Source: Vulcanimicrobiota bacterium
Lineage (GTDB): Bacteria > Vulcanimicrobiota > Vulcanimicrobiia > Vulcanimicrobiales > Vulcanimicrobiaceae
Assembly: GCA_963777315.1 (NCBI GenBank)
Contig: CAVZQC010000001.1
Span: forward strand, 224,001 to 288,000
Direction of reading: 5' to 3'
Length of the DNA: 64,000 nucleotides
Of the stretch, positions 28,790-38,501 are shown one piece after another. Numbering within the stretch: the stretch's first letter is position 1; each line of letters opens with the position of its first letter. The notes under the pieces are model-generated. The model worked only from the letters and a program-made list of their open reading frames with translations, did not search any database and was not told the origin of the DNA. Made by a program: the position numbers and the translations under genes.

Positions 28790-29155
28790 GTGCAGATTCG
28801 TAAGCACTTCCGGTTCGAGGCTGCGCACGTTCTCCCTTACCATCCGGGAAAGTGCTCGCGGCTGCACGGCCACTCGTACCGCTTGGACGTCGCTGTACGG
28901 GGGCCGCTCCAAAGCGACGGACCCGCACGGGGAATGATCGAGGACTTCGATGCGATCCGGGGTATCGTGCACCGTGCGATCATCGATACGCTCGATCACT
29001 CCTGCCTCAACGACGTGATCGAAAATCCGACCTGCGAGCGGATCGCGGCATGGGTTTGGCAGACGCTCCTGCCCGCGCTTCCCGCACTGGACGAACTGGT
29101 GCTGTGGGAAACGCCGACGTCGTGCGCCGTACTTCGCAAAACGGATTTTCACTGA
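28790..29155 (+). CDS. queD: 6-carboxytetrahydropterin synthase
   Basis: FEAAH, CSRLHGHSY, LDH, NPTCE, ET motifs. Confidence 0.93.
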   Translation: MQIRKHFRFEAAHVLPYHPGKCSRLHGHSYRLDVAVRGPLQSDGPARGMIEDFDAIRGIVHRAIIDTLDHSCLNDVIENPTCERIAAWVWQTLLPALPALDELVLWETPTSCAVLRKTDFH

Positions 29156-29730
29156 TGCTTGCGCTCGCGGAAATCTTTTACAGCATTCAAGGCGAGGGCG
29201 CATTCAGCGGAACGCCCGCGGTATTCGTACGGCTGGCGGGGTGCAATCTTTCCTGCGATTTCTGCGATACGGATTACTCGCTCAAGTTCTTGGCAAGCGT
29301 CGACGAGGTCGTGAGCCGCGTGCGTGACATCGGCGCGCAGTGCCCCATGGTCGTTCTCACGGGCGGCGAACCCCTCGCGCAGACGGAGGCTAGCGCGCTG
29401 ATCGCGGCGCTGCGCGCGAACGGCAAGCGCGTGCACATCGAAACGAACGGCACCATTTACGTAGACGTCCCAAACGACGTTTGGGTCACGGTGTCGCCCA
29501 AAGAGCGCGTGGATCCGCGCATGGCGCGCCGCGCCGACGAGGTCAAACTGATCGTCGACGGCCGCGTTCCCGAAGAGCACCTCGAACTGTTCGAGGAGCA
29601 CGCGGTTCTGCTGCTGCAGCCCGAAGGCAACAAGCCGTCAAACGTCGAGCTGGCTTTAGCGTACGCCAAAGGGCATCCGGAGCGCTTTCGACTCTCCTTG
29701 CAAACCCACAAACTGATCGGCGTGCCGTAG
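29155..29730 (+). CDS. queE: 7-carboxy-7-deazaguanine synthase (radical SAM)
   Basis: EIFYSIQGEG, CNLSCDFCDT, TGGEP, ETNG, LQTHK. Confidence 0.95.
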   Translation: MLALAEIFYSIQGEGAFSGTPAVFVRLAGCNLSCDFCDTDYSLKFLASVDEVVSRVRDIGAQCPMVVLTGGEPLAQTEASALIAALRANGKRVHIETNGTIYVDVPNDVWVTVSPKERVDPRMARRADEVKLIVDGRVPEEHLELFEEHAVLLLQPEGNKPSNVELALAYAKGHPERFRLSLQTHKLIGVP

Positions 29731-29770
29731 TGGGCGTTGCCGATACCGGTGTCGAGCAGCAACGCCGCGC

Positions 29771-30376
29771 ATGATTTTGGTAACGTGCGCAATCGGCAAA
29801 GAACTGCGTTCCTTTCGGCCGGTGCCGCATGTCGAGATGCTCGTTACGGGGGTGGGGCCTGTGGAAGCGGCGGCATGCGTGTCACGGGCGCTGGCGCAAA
29901 GCCCATACGAGCTGGTCATTAGCGCGGGGATCGCAGGTGCGGTCGACGGAGCGGCGGCTATCGGCGAAGGCGTTGTGGTTTTCGAGGAGACGTTCGAGCT
30001 CGATCTGGAAACCGGAATGCCGCTCGTGCTACCCGAGGGCGCAAGCGTCGTCGATCGCGCCGGATCCGATTTGGCGCTGGTCGATCGACTGGTGGAGCTG
30101 GGCTTTCGCAGCGTGCGAGGCGTTACCGTGCCCCGCGTCACCGCAACGGACGACGGCGCCGCGCGGCTTGCGCGCGCCGGCATCGGCGTTGAAACCATGG
30201 AAGGTTTTGCCGTTTTGCGCGCCGCCGAGATCGCCGGCGTTGCCGCGATCGAAGTGCGCGGAATATCGAACGCCGTTTGCGATCGCAAACGCAGCGGCTG
30301 GGATTTCGAAGCCGGCGTGGCGGGGGCCGAAAAAGTGTTGCAAGCTTTGCTCTCGGTAATTCACGTCGATGGATAG
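29771..30376 (+). CDS. mqnB: Futalosine hydrolase
   Basis: TGVGPV, SAGIAG, ETMEG, EVRGISN; adjacent to mqnD. Confidence 0.88.
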   Translation: MILVTCAIGKELRSFRPVPHVEMLVTGVGPVEAAACVSRALAQSPYELVISAGIAGAVDGAAAIGEGVVVFEETFELDLETGMPLVLPEGASVVDRAGSDLALVDRLVELGFRSVRGVTVPRVTATDDGAARLARAGIGVETMEGFAVLRAAEIAGVAAIEVRGISNAVCDRKRSGWDFEAGVAGAEKVLQALLSVIHVDG

Positions 30377-31205
30377 GCCGCTCACCCTCGCGTACTCTCC
30401 GTGCCCGAACGATACGTACGTCTTCGCCGCATGGAGCAACGGCCTGCTCGACGGCGTGCCCGAAGTACGCGTCTATCTGGAGGACGTTGAGAACCTCAAC
30501 ACTTCTGCGCTCAAAGCGGATCACTGCTTGACCAAAGTGAGTTACGGCGCCATTCCGCTGCTGATGGCAGATTACCGGATCCTGCGTGCCGGCGGCGCCC
30601 TGGGCTCAGGCTGCGGTCCGCTGCTGGTCGCGCGCGCCGGTTCGCGCACGAAACTCGAGCAATTCAAGAATACGATCATCGCGATACCGGGCGAGATGAC
30701 GACGGCGTTTATGCTGCTGCGCATGGCGATGGGCTCGCGTCCGCAAACGGTGCAGATGCGCTTCGACAAAATCGTCGAAGCGGTCGCCGGTGGGACGGCG
30801 GATGCCGGTCTGATCATTCACGAGTCGCGCTTTACCTATCAGGATTCCGGCCTCGTCGAAGTTTTAGATTTGGGAACGTGGTGGGAAGAGCAGACTTCGA
30901 TGCCCATACCGCTAGGCGCCATTCTGGCCAGAAGAGACCTCGACGATGCCGAAGCGCGCGAAGCGGATTCAGCCATTCGCCGCAGCTTGCAGTATGCGCG
31001 TGAAAACGAAAGCGACGTCATGAAGTACGTTCACGAGCATGCAACGGAAATGAGCGAACAGGTCATGCGCAAGCACATCGACCTCTACGTCAACGACTAC
31101 ACCGGCGATCTGGGAGACGAGGGAATGGCTGCCGTGCGGGAACTCTTTGCGCGCGCCCATCGAGCGCGCATCATACCCGAAACCACGGAGCCGGAGTTTG
31201 TGTAG
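30369..31205 (+). CDS. mqnD: 1,4-dihydroxy-6-naphthoate synthase
   Basis: SPCPNDT, GGALG, IIHESRF, PIPLG. Confidence 0.95.
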   Translation: MDRPLTLAYSPCPNDTYVFAAWSNGLLDGVPEVRVYLEDVENLNTSALKADHCLTKVSYGAIPLLMADYRILRAGGALGSGCGPLLVARAGSRTKLEQFKNTIIAIPGEMTTAFMLLRMAMGSRPQTVQMRFDKIVEAVAGGTADAGLIIHESRFTYQDSGLVEVLDLGTWWEEQTSMPIPLGAILARRDLDDAEAREADSAIRRSLQYARENESDVMKYVHEHATEMSEQVMRKHIDLYVNDYTGDLGDEGMAAVRELFARAHRARIIPETTEPEFV

Positions 31206-32430
31206 GCGCCTGCTTGCGTTTGCTGCGGCGCTGGCGATAGGCGCTGCGGCGACCATTTTGCCGGCGGCCGCGGGAACGTTGCCCCCCGCGCACGTCGTGC
31301 TTGGCGACGAAGTGTTTCTCCAATCCGCATGGCGCGATTTGCACGGACGCTGCGTGGGCGTCATCACCAACCAAACCGGCGTTACTTCCCGGCTGGTCAA
31401 TCTCGTCGACGCAATCGCAAGCAATCCGCAGATCTGCATCAAAGCGATCTATTCGCCCGAGCACGGCTTGCGCGGCGACCGCCCTGCGGGTGCGTACGTT
31501 GCCTCGTACACCGACCGGCGCACCGGTTTACCCGTCTACAGCTTGTACGGGCCGCAGCGCCATCCGACCGCGCAAATGCTTGCAGGCGTCGACGTGCTGC
31601 TGTTCGACATTCAGGACGTCGGTTCGCGGACGTACACCTACATTTCCACGATGGCCTACGCGATGCAGGCTGCCAAGCAGTTCGGCAAGGAAATCTGGAT
31701 TCTCGATCGACCCAATCCCATCGGCGGGACGATGGTGGAAGGCCCCGTGCTCGATCCTCGCTTCAAATCGTTCATCGGCCTTTATCCGATCGCCGTGCGT
31801 CACGGCATGACGGTCGGCGAACTCGCGCGCATGTTCAACGAACGCTTCGGCATCGGAGCAAATCTTCGCGTCATTGCGATGCGCGGCTGGCACCGAAGCA
31901 TGCTGTGGCCGCAAACGGGGCTGCAGTGGGTGCAAACTTCGCCGAACATTCCGGAATGGAGCACGGCCATAGTCTATCCGTGCACGGGCTTGATCGACGG
32001 CGTCGGGCTCAGCGGCGGCATCGGCACCACCAAACCGTTCAAGTACGCCGGCGCAGTCAATGTGGATGCCTACCGGTTAGCGCAGGCCCTCAACGATCGC
32101 AACATCCCCGGAGTGTACTTCCGCCCTGCGTATTGGTCGCCGCTATTGAGCGGGCGCAATCAGCCCGAGTACGGCGGCGTCGAACTGGATGTGTACGAGC
32201 CTAGCGTCTTTCCGGCCGTACGCACGGCCGTAGAACTCATCACTGCCGTGCGCGACGTTTCGCCCAACGCTCTGCGCATTCGTTCAAAGCAGTTGGCCAT
32301 TGATTGGGGCACCGATACGCTCGAACGCGGGGTGCGCGACGGACTGCAGACCCGGCAAATCATGCAGGGTTGGCATGCAAGCCTCGAACGGTTTCTGTCG
32401 ATCCGCCGCAAGTACTTGCTGTACGATTGA
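31198..32430 (+). CDS. namZ: Exo-beta-N-acetylmuramidase (DUF1343)
   Basis: Signal peptide; TNQTG, SPEHG, FDIQDVG, LDRPNP, HGMTVGELA, TSPN. Confidence 0.9.
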   Translation: MCRRLLAFAAALAIGAAATILPAAAGTLPPAHVVLGDEVFLQSAWRDLHGRCVGVITNQTGVTSRLVNLVDAIASNPQICIKAIYSPEHGLRGDRPAGAYVASYTDRRTGLPVYSLYGPQRHPTAQMLAGVDVLLFDIQDVGSRTYTYISTMAYAMQAAKQFGKEIWILDRPNPIGGTMVEGPVLDPRFKSFIGLYPIAVRHGMTVGELARMFNERFGIGANLRVIAMRGWHRSMLWPQTGLQWVQTSPNIPEWSTAIVYPCTGLIDGVGLSGGIGTTKPFKYAGAVNVDAYRLAQALNDRNIPGVYFRPAYWSPLLSGRNQPEYGGVELDVYEPSVFPAVRTAVELITAVRDVSPNALRIRSKQLAIDWGTDTLERGVRDGLQTRQIMQGWHASLERFLSIRRKYLLYD

Positions 32431-32433
32431 ACT

Positions 32434-32955
32434 TTAGTCCAGGCCGCCGCGGCGGGTGCGCAAGTAGTTGATCTGCCAGAGATGAATGAAACGCTGCAGT
32501 TCTTCCTGCGTTTTAGGATCGATGTCCACGAACGCTACGCCGTGTTCGAACGTTCGCCGGTCGCGATTGAAGAACGTCGCAAGTACCGTTGCCTTCACGT
32601 TCATCGGAGGAAATCTCTGGGGTTGCACTTTGACCGTTTCGGGGCGCAGCCCGAAGGGGCTTTGCTCGTACAGTTCCTTTTCGATCGTCATGTTCGCTAG
32701 AAATTCATCGGGAAGCGTGAATTCCAGCTGGAGGATGCACCCGTTCAACAGGTCCTCGCGGCACGATAGGCGCAGGCCGCCGGCGCTCAGGTCGTTTGCC
32801 TTAGCGGCGCACCGCTGTGATGCGCCTTGGAGCCTGTATTGCACGTCGAACTCGACGGGCATGCGGAACGCTGAACGTTTTTGGCCGCTCGGCAGGGGAG
32901 TTTTGCGCCGCGGCTGGGGTTTTTTCTTCTTGAGGAACCTGTAAAAAAGTCCCAC
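32434..32955 (-). CDS. PilZ domain protein (c-di-GMP receptor)
   Basis: RxxxR (RSAFR) and DxSxGG (DLSAGG). Confidence 0.8.
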   Translation of the reverse strand: MGLFYRFLKKKKPQPRRKTPLPSGQKRSAFRMPVEFDVQYRLQGASQRCAAKANDLSAGGLRLSCREDLLNGCILQLEFTLPDEFLANMTIEKELYEQSPFGLRPETVKVQPQRFPPMNVKATVLATFFNRDRRTFEHGVAFVDIDPKTQEELQRFIHLWQINYLRTRRGGLD

Positions 32956-33007
32956 GTCGAGAGCCAGCTTAAAGGCGCCCGGTGCAGTTCCTCCTAAACA
33001 CCACCGC

Positions 33008-34387
33008 GTGCTGGTACAGCGGTTGTCCGATGCGCTCGGAGCGGATGCGGTAAAAACCGAACCGGAAGATTGCTCCGTCTACGCGTTCGATGCGTATTCC
33101 GAGGGACGGCTTCCCACGGCAGTGGTGCTTCCGACTTCTACGCGCGAAGTTGCCGCTGCAGTGAAAATCGCGCGAGATTGCGGCGAGCCGATCGTCGCGC
33201 GCGGTGCGGGCACGGGTCTGTGCGGGGGCGCCGTTCCGGCCCAGGGCGGCATCGTGTTTTCGTTTGCGCGCATGAATCGTTTGCTGGAGCTCGACGTGCG
33301 CAACCGGCGCGCGCGCGTGCAACCCGGCCTGGTAAATTTGGATCTCTCCAAACTCACCTCCGGCGCAGGATTGTTTTACGCGCCCGATCCGTCGTCGCAA
33401 CGGACCTCGACGATCGGCGGCAACATCGGCACGAACGCGGGCGGCCCGCACTGTTTGTCGTACGGAACGACGGTCAATCACGTGCTGGCCTTGGAAGTCG
33501 TCGACGAATCGGGCGAAGTCTTTCACACTTCGGTCGAAGAGGACGGCTACGATTTGACCGGCGCGCTGGTCGGAAGCGAAGGGACCTTGGGCATTACGTG
33601 CTCGGCGTGGGTGCGGCTCATGCGTTCGCCGGAATCGGTTCGGGTGTGGCTGGCGGGATTCGCCAACGTCGAAAACGCTTCAGCCGCCGTTTCGGCGATC
33701 GTCGGGGCCGGTATCGTGCCCACTGCGCTCGAGATGCTCGATCGCCTCGCGCTGCAGGCCGTCGAGGCGGCGTTCCATTGCGGTTATCCAACCGACGCCG
33801 GCGCCGTGCTGCTCATCGAAAGCGCCGGCTTCCAAGAGGACCTGGACTCGTATGAGTCGCAAATGGCCCGCCTGGTCCGCGACGCCGGCGCGCTGTCGTG
33901 GCGTTCGGCGCGGTCGCAAGCCGAGCGCGACGCGCTCTGGGCGGGGCGTAAAGGCGCGCTGGGAGCCACCGGACGCATCGCTCCCAACTACTACATTCAA
34001 GACGTCGTCGTGCCGCGAACCAAACTTCCCCAAGCACTGCAGGCGGTCGAGTCCGCCTGTGACGCCCGCAGCATCAAAGTCGCGAACGTTTTTCACGCCG
34101 GCGACGGCAATCTGCACCCTTTGCTGATGTACGATCGCAGCGATCGCAGGCAAGTCGGCGCGGTGATCGATGCCGGCAACGAAATACTGCAAGCCGCCGT
34201 CGATCTAGGCGGAACGATCAGCGGCGAGCATGGCATCGGCTACGAAAAACGGGGAACGCTGACGCGTATTTTCAGCACGGACGATCTGGCGACGATGGCG
34301 CGCGTGCGCGAGGTATTCGATCCCAAGCGCGCGCTCAATCCGGAAAAAATCTTCCCCGCCGGCGTGAGCTGCGCTGAAGTGCAATGA
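33008..34387 (+). CDS. glcD: FAD-linked oxidase, glycolate oxidase GlcD-like
   Basis: RGAGTG, APDPSS, NAGGPH, GSEGTLG, HAGDGNLH, GEHGIG. Confidence 0.88.
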   Translation: MLVQRLSDALGADAVKTEPEDCSVYAFDAYSEGRLPTAVVLPTSTREVAAAVKIARDCGEPIVARGAGTGLCGGAVPAQGGIVFSFARMNRLLELDVRNRRARVQPGLVNLDLSKLTSGAGLFYAPDPSSQRTSTIGGNIGTNAGGPHCLSYGTTVNHVLALEVVDESGEVFHTSVEEDGYDLTGALVGSEGTLGITCSAWVRLMRSPESVRVWLAGFANVENASAAVSAIVGAGIVPTALEMLDRLALQAVEAAFHCGYPTDAGAVLLIESAGFQEDLDSYESQMARLVRDAGALSWRSARSQAERDALWAGRKGALGATGRIAPNYYIQDVVVPRTKLPQALQAVESACDARSIKVANVFHAGDGNLHPLLMYDRSDRRQVGAVIDAGNEILQAAVDLGGTISGEHGIGYEKRGTLTRIFSTDDLATMARVREVFDPKRALNPEKIFPAGVSCAEVQ

Positions 34388-35598
34388 TCGCCGATCGCGT
34401 TCTGCCGCATACGGTGCAGGAAATGTCCGACAGGATCGCCGGCTGGAACGCGCAGGGTTTGCCGGTAACGATCGAAGGCGCAAATACGCTTGCGGGGATG
34501 GGATCGCCGGCGCGGTCGGACGTCTCCCTCGTGACGACGCGCTTGAACGGCGTGCTCGCCTACGAGCATCACGATATGACGTGTGCGGTGCAGGCCGGCG
34601 TCAGTCTGGCGCAGCTCGCCGGTGTTTTAGGCGAGCACGGTCAGTTCGTGCCGCTTGACGCGCCGCTTTGCGCATCCGCGACGCTGGGAGGAACGGTGGC
34701 GGCCGGCTGGCTCGGACCGCGCCGGCATTTGTACGGACGTCCGCGCGATTTTATCATCGGCTCCCAGGTCGTTCTTGCCGATGGAACCATCGCCAAAGCG
34801 GGCGGCATGGTGGTCAAGAACGTGAGCGGATACGACATGAGCAAGCTGTACGTCGGATCGTTCGGTACGCTGGGCGCGATCGCGCAGCTCAATCTCAAAA
34901 CGTTGCCGCTTCCCCCGCGACGGCGCGTTCTGATCGCGCAGCTGCCTGAAGGCTCGCGCCCCAAAGCGATCGCCCAACTCGTATCGCTGCCGGTTTACCC
35001 GGCCGCCGCGTGCTGCATCGAAGGTTTCCGCAAAACGATCGACGGCGAAGATGGCGTCGATGGGCGGCTTTTCTTACTGCTCGAAGGATCCGAGGCGTTG
35101 CTGGAACGCGCAACGCGCGATATGCGTTCGGCTCTGGGGCGCGCGGGGGTGCCCGAAACGGTCATCCTCGACGCGGGCGCCGGACAAAGCGTCCAGCGTT
35201 TGATCGACGCAGAGATCGCTTGCGTTGGGGAACGTTCCATCACGTACCGTTCGCTGGGAATGCCTGACGGCGTCGAACGGCGCGCGACCGCAATGCGGGA
35301 TGCGGCCCACCGTCACGAGCTGTTTACCGACGTGCTGCTCGACGTCATGAACGGCGACGTGTTTTTGCGCATAACCGAGCGCGACAGCCGCGTGTTTGCC
35401 GGGAAGGCAGAGGCGTTCCACGACGAGCTGCGCTCGCTCGAGCCGCGCAGCGTTATCGTCGCCGGGAAGGCGCCCATTCGGGATTGCCTGGACGCGTGGG
35501 GAGCGCCGCCGGCGGCGATCGAGAAAATGCTCGCGATAAAAGCCCGATTCGATCCGAAGGGTACGCTCAATCCCGGGCGCTTCATCGCCGGACTCTAA
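34384..35598 (+). CDS. glcE: FAD-binding oxidase subunit, GlcE-like
   Basis: GGMVVKNVSGYDMSKL, GSFGTLG, FDPKGTLNPG; follows glcD. Confidence 0.8.
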   Translation: MIADRVLPHTVQEMSDRIAGWNAQGLPVTIEGANTLAGMGSPARSDVSLVTTRLNGVLAYEHHDMTCAVQAGVSLAQLAGVLGEHGQFVPLDAPLCASATLGGTVAAGWLGPRRHLYGRPRDFIIGSQVVLADGTIAKAGGMVVKNVSGYDMSKLYVGSFGTLGAIAQLNLKTLPLPPRRRVLIAQLPEGSRPKAIAQLVSLPVYPAAACCIEGFRKTIDGEDGVDGRLFLLLEGSEALLERATRDMRSALGRAGVPETVILDAGAGQSVQRLIDAEIACVGERSITYRSLGMPDGVERRATAMRDAAHRHELFTDVLLDVMNGDVFLRITERDSRVFAGKAEAFHDELRSLEPRSVIVAGKAPIRDCLDAWGAPPAAIEKMLAIKARFDPKGTLNPGRFIAGL

Positions 35599-35602
35599 CC
35601 GG

Positions 35603-36670
35603 GTGCTGTCCAAAGAAATCCGCTGGGCCCAGGCACGCGTGCTTTTGGGACCGCGGCGCTTGAGGTTTCTTCTCGACGGCGGTTTGGACGACGTGCTGGA
35701 TTTGCGGAGATTTTTGGTGCACGTCGTGCCACTCGCGCGCGCGGCACTGGCGCGGTTGGAGTATTTGGCTCATAGAATTCCCGACGCACAGCTGCGCGCG
35801 CAAGCGCTTTCATGTCTGCACGCAAAAGCGTATCATGTGGCCGGCGCGGGCATTCTGGCAACCTTTTTACCCAGCATGGCACGCGAACATTACATGGAGA
35901 TCGTCGCGCCGCTCGAAACGATATACGATTTCCTCGACTCTCTGTGCGACCGTCACCCGCAAACTCCGGTGCGCGCCTTTCGTCAGCTGCATGAAGCGCT
36001 GACCGACGCGTTGGATCCGGGACGCCCGATGCACGAGTATTACCTCTACGGACCGCCGGGCGACGATGGAGATTACCTGCACACGCTCGTGCGTCGCGTG
36101 CGGCATGCTCTGAGCCGGCTGGGCGACTACGAGCTGCTCGTACCGTATTTCCGTCACGCAGCCGAGTTGTATGCCGATACGCAAACGTTCAAACACTTGC
36201 CGCCCGGCGAACGTGAACGCGCGTGCATCGACTGGCACGCTCGCGAAGGCGGATCTTTCGGAGACTTATCCTGGTGGGAATTCGCCGCGGCGGCGGGATC
36301 GCAGTTTCAAGTCTATGCGCCGCTCTATGCCGGATTCTGCAGCGAGTTCGACCGCATCGGCCAAACGTATGCAGCGTACTTTCCGGCATTCTCGGCCTTG
36401 CACGTACTGCTGGATTCGTTCATCGACCAAGCCGAGGATCGCGCCCACGGAGAGCTCAGTTGGGTCGAGTGCTATGCCGGACCGCAAGAGTTTCTCAATC
36501 GCGCCGGCGTGCTGGCGGGGCGAGGACGCTCGGCGTTTGCGGGCCTCGCGATGCCGCGCGCGCACTTCTTCGCTCTGCGCATCATGGCGCTGTTCTACTC
36601 CACCCATCCCAAAGTTGCGCAGCAGCGCCTCAACGACGAAGCGCTCGATCTGCTGGAGGCGCTGGCTTGA
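35603..36670 (+). CDS. DUF2600 / tetraprenyl-beta-curcumene synthase (YtpB)-like terpene cyclase
   Basis: IPDAQLRAQAL, DFLDSLCD, DALDP, WWEFAAAAGS, LHVLLDSFIDQAED. Confidence 0.75.
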   Translation: MLSKEIRWAQARVLLGPRRLRFLLDGGLDDVLDLRRFLVHVVPLARAALARLEYLAHRIPDAQLRAQALSCLHAKAYHVAGAGILATFLPSMAREHYMEIVAPLETIYDFLDSLCDRHPQTPVRAFRQLHEALTDALDPGRPMHEYYLYGPPGDDGDYLHTLVRRVRHALSRLGDYELLVPYFRHAAELYADTQTFKHLPPGERERACIDWHAREGGSFGDLSWWEFAAAAGSQFQVYAPLYAGFCSEFDRIGQTYAAYFPAFSALHVLLDSFIDQAEDRAHGELSWVECYAGPQEFLNRAGVLAGRGRSAFAGLAMPRAHFFALRIMALFYSTHPKVAQQRLNDEALDLLEALA

Positions 36671-37289
36671 CCAGCCCTGCAATGCCCCGGAGGTCTTCGA
36701 TGAATTTGCCCAGCTCGCGCCGGCGTGTTTGGTCGTCGGGCGCGCGCAATATCGAAGAAGGATGCACCGTGGCCACCACGCGTGGCGCCAGCGGGGAAGT
36801 CATCACTTCGCCGCGGTGCTTGGTCAGACGGAACGCGGATCCCAACAGCGCCTGCGCTGCGGTGGCACCCAGCGCAACGACGACGTCGGGCCGCACCAGC
36901 TCGATTTCCGAGCGCAGCCACGGCGCACAAGCCTGAATCTCGATGACTTTGGGCTTGGCATGGATGCGCCGCTTTCCCCGCACGATGTACTTGAAGTGTT
37001 TGACCGCGTTGGTTATGTAGACGTTTGCCGGTTCGATGTTTGCGGCTGCCATCGCTTTGCGCAGTAGCATTCCAGCCGGCCCGACAAACGGGTGGCCTTG
37101 GCGGTCTTCGACGTCTCCGGGCTGTTCGCCGACGAACAATAGGCGCGCGCGAGCTTTACCTTCGCCGAATACGGTCTGGGTCGCCGCCTTGTACAGATCG
37201 CATCCGCGGCAACGCGCCGCCGCCTGCCGCAAACTCTTGAGCGAACGCTTTTGCGGAAGATATTCGGCCGCAGACCGGTGCTCGTTCAC
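36630..37289 (-). CDS. udgX: UdgX family uracil-DNA binding glycosylase
   Basis: CRGCDL, GEQPGD, NAVKHFK, diagnostic KRRIH loop, HPS. Confidence 0.9.
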   Translation of the reverse strand: MNEHRSAAEYLPQKRSLKSLRQAAARCRGCDLYKAATQTVFGEGKARARLLFVGEQPGDVEDRQGHPFVGPAGMLLRKAMAAANIEPANVYITNAVKHFKYIVRGKRRIHAKPKVIEIQACAPWLRSEIELVRPDVVVALGATAAQALLGSAFRLTKHRGEVMTSPLAPRVVATVHPSSILRAPDDQTRRRELGKFIEDLRGIAGLVKPAPPADRALRR

Positions 37290-38491
37290 GAAGCCACGGC
37301 GGTGCTCGACGCTCGTGCATACCCCGGGCCGATGCGGCGTCCGGCAAGCCAATACGCTAACGCGCAAAGTATCGGCAACGCGCTCACGCACAGCAGGGCG
37401 CCCGAGGCGCCGATCCGCGCCACGCCGAACCCGACCGCCGTCACCAGCGCCGACCCGGCACCGAATGCCACGCCGTTCATCAATCCCAGCGCCATGCCCA
37501 GATTGCGCGGCAGCATGCGCTGAACGATCGCCACGCTCGGGGCGCTTTGCACGTTGAGCAAAACGCCCGCGAACAACAATGCGGCTACGCCGACCGGACC
37601 GCCCAATACGAAAAACCCGTACAGCACCGGAGCCGAGACAATGAGACTTCCCACGGCGATAGCAAGCGCGCCGAACCGATCTCCCAGCCAGCCTCCGGCA
37701 TACAGACCGATGACTCCGACCGCCAAGAAAGCCGTGACGAGCGTTCCGGCTTGCGCGATCGTGCCGCCGCGCGCAACGACGAGATTCGGAAGATACGTCA
37801 TGAACGACGCTCCGACCAAATACTTCAACGCCGTCCCGGCCACCAGCAATCCAACGCCGGTCTTATCGACGGGTTGTTCTCCGGCCGCAAGCGAGGCATG
37901 GTGCGCCTGCGTCGCGCGCTGCGCGCGATCGGCCAAGGTGCGCATGAGGACGAACGTCACTGCGACCGCCGCCGCGCCGGGGATCAGCATCCAGACCGAA
38001 CCGGCCGTGCCGCCGTGCGTGATGAGCGCCGCGATTGCGAGAGGGCCAAACGCGTATCCGACTGCGCCGCCGATCTGAAAGATCGAGATTCCGCCCGATT
38101 TGCGATCGCCGCTGAGCAGCGCGGCGTACTTGCCGGCTTCGGGATGCATGATCGCCGAACCGAGGCCGCCCACGACGGTCAACGCGGCCAAAACGGCAAT
38201 TCCGGGCGAAAGCCCAATGAACGATACTGCGGTTGCAGTCAAGCCGACGGAAGCGGGAAGAAACCACCACCGGCCGGCTCTATCCGAATAGGCGCCGAAC
38301 AGCGGTTGGACGATGGAGCTCGTCAGATACCAAAGGAATCCGATCGCGCCTTGATACAGCGGCGAAAGCCGGTGCGCCGTCACGATCGCGAAAATCAAGA
38401 ACGGCACCATGCCGGAGAAAAAATCGGACGCACCGTGCGCGAACCCCATGGTCAAGAGTCCGCGCAGGTGCCAAGTCTGTTTGGTGCGCAC
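37286..38491 (-). CDS. MFS transporter, Fsr (fosmidomycin resistance)-like
   Basis: About 12 hydrophobic helices; QPLFGAYSDR, MHPEA. Confidence 0.85.
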   Translation of the reverse strand: MRTKQTWHLRGLLTMGFAHGASDFFSGMVPFLIFAIVTAHRLSPLYQGAIGFLWYLTSSIVQPLFGAYSDRAGRWWFLPASVGLTATAVSFIGLSPGIAVLAALTVVGGLGSAIMHPEAGKYAALLSGDRKSGGISIFQIGGAVGYAFGPLAIAALITHGGTAGSVWMLIPGAAAVAVTFVLMRTLADRAQRATQAHHASLAAGEQPVDKTGVGLLVAGTALKYLVGASFMTYLPNLVVARGGTIAQAGTLVTAFLAVGVIGLYAGGWLGDRFGALAIAVGSLIVSAPVLYGFFVLGGPVGVAALLFAGVLLNVQSAPSVAIVQRMLPRNLGMALGLMNGVAFGAGSALVTAVGFGVARIGASGALLCVSALPILCALAYWLAGRRIGPGYARASSTAVAS

Positions 38492-38501
38492 TACCGGTGC
38501 T

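Noticed and set aside
22462..29155. Long N-terminal extensions of ORFs 22462..24087 and 27764..29155
   Set aside because: They are antisense shadows of neighbouring genes; the recognisable domains start at 23062 and 28790.
28790..29730. queD-queE as a 7-deazaguanine DNA-modification (dpd) defence island
   Set aside because: There are no dpdA/tgt-like or other dpd genes, and the context is housekeeping (mqnB, mqnD).
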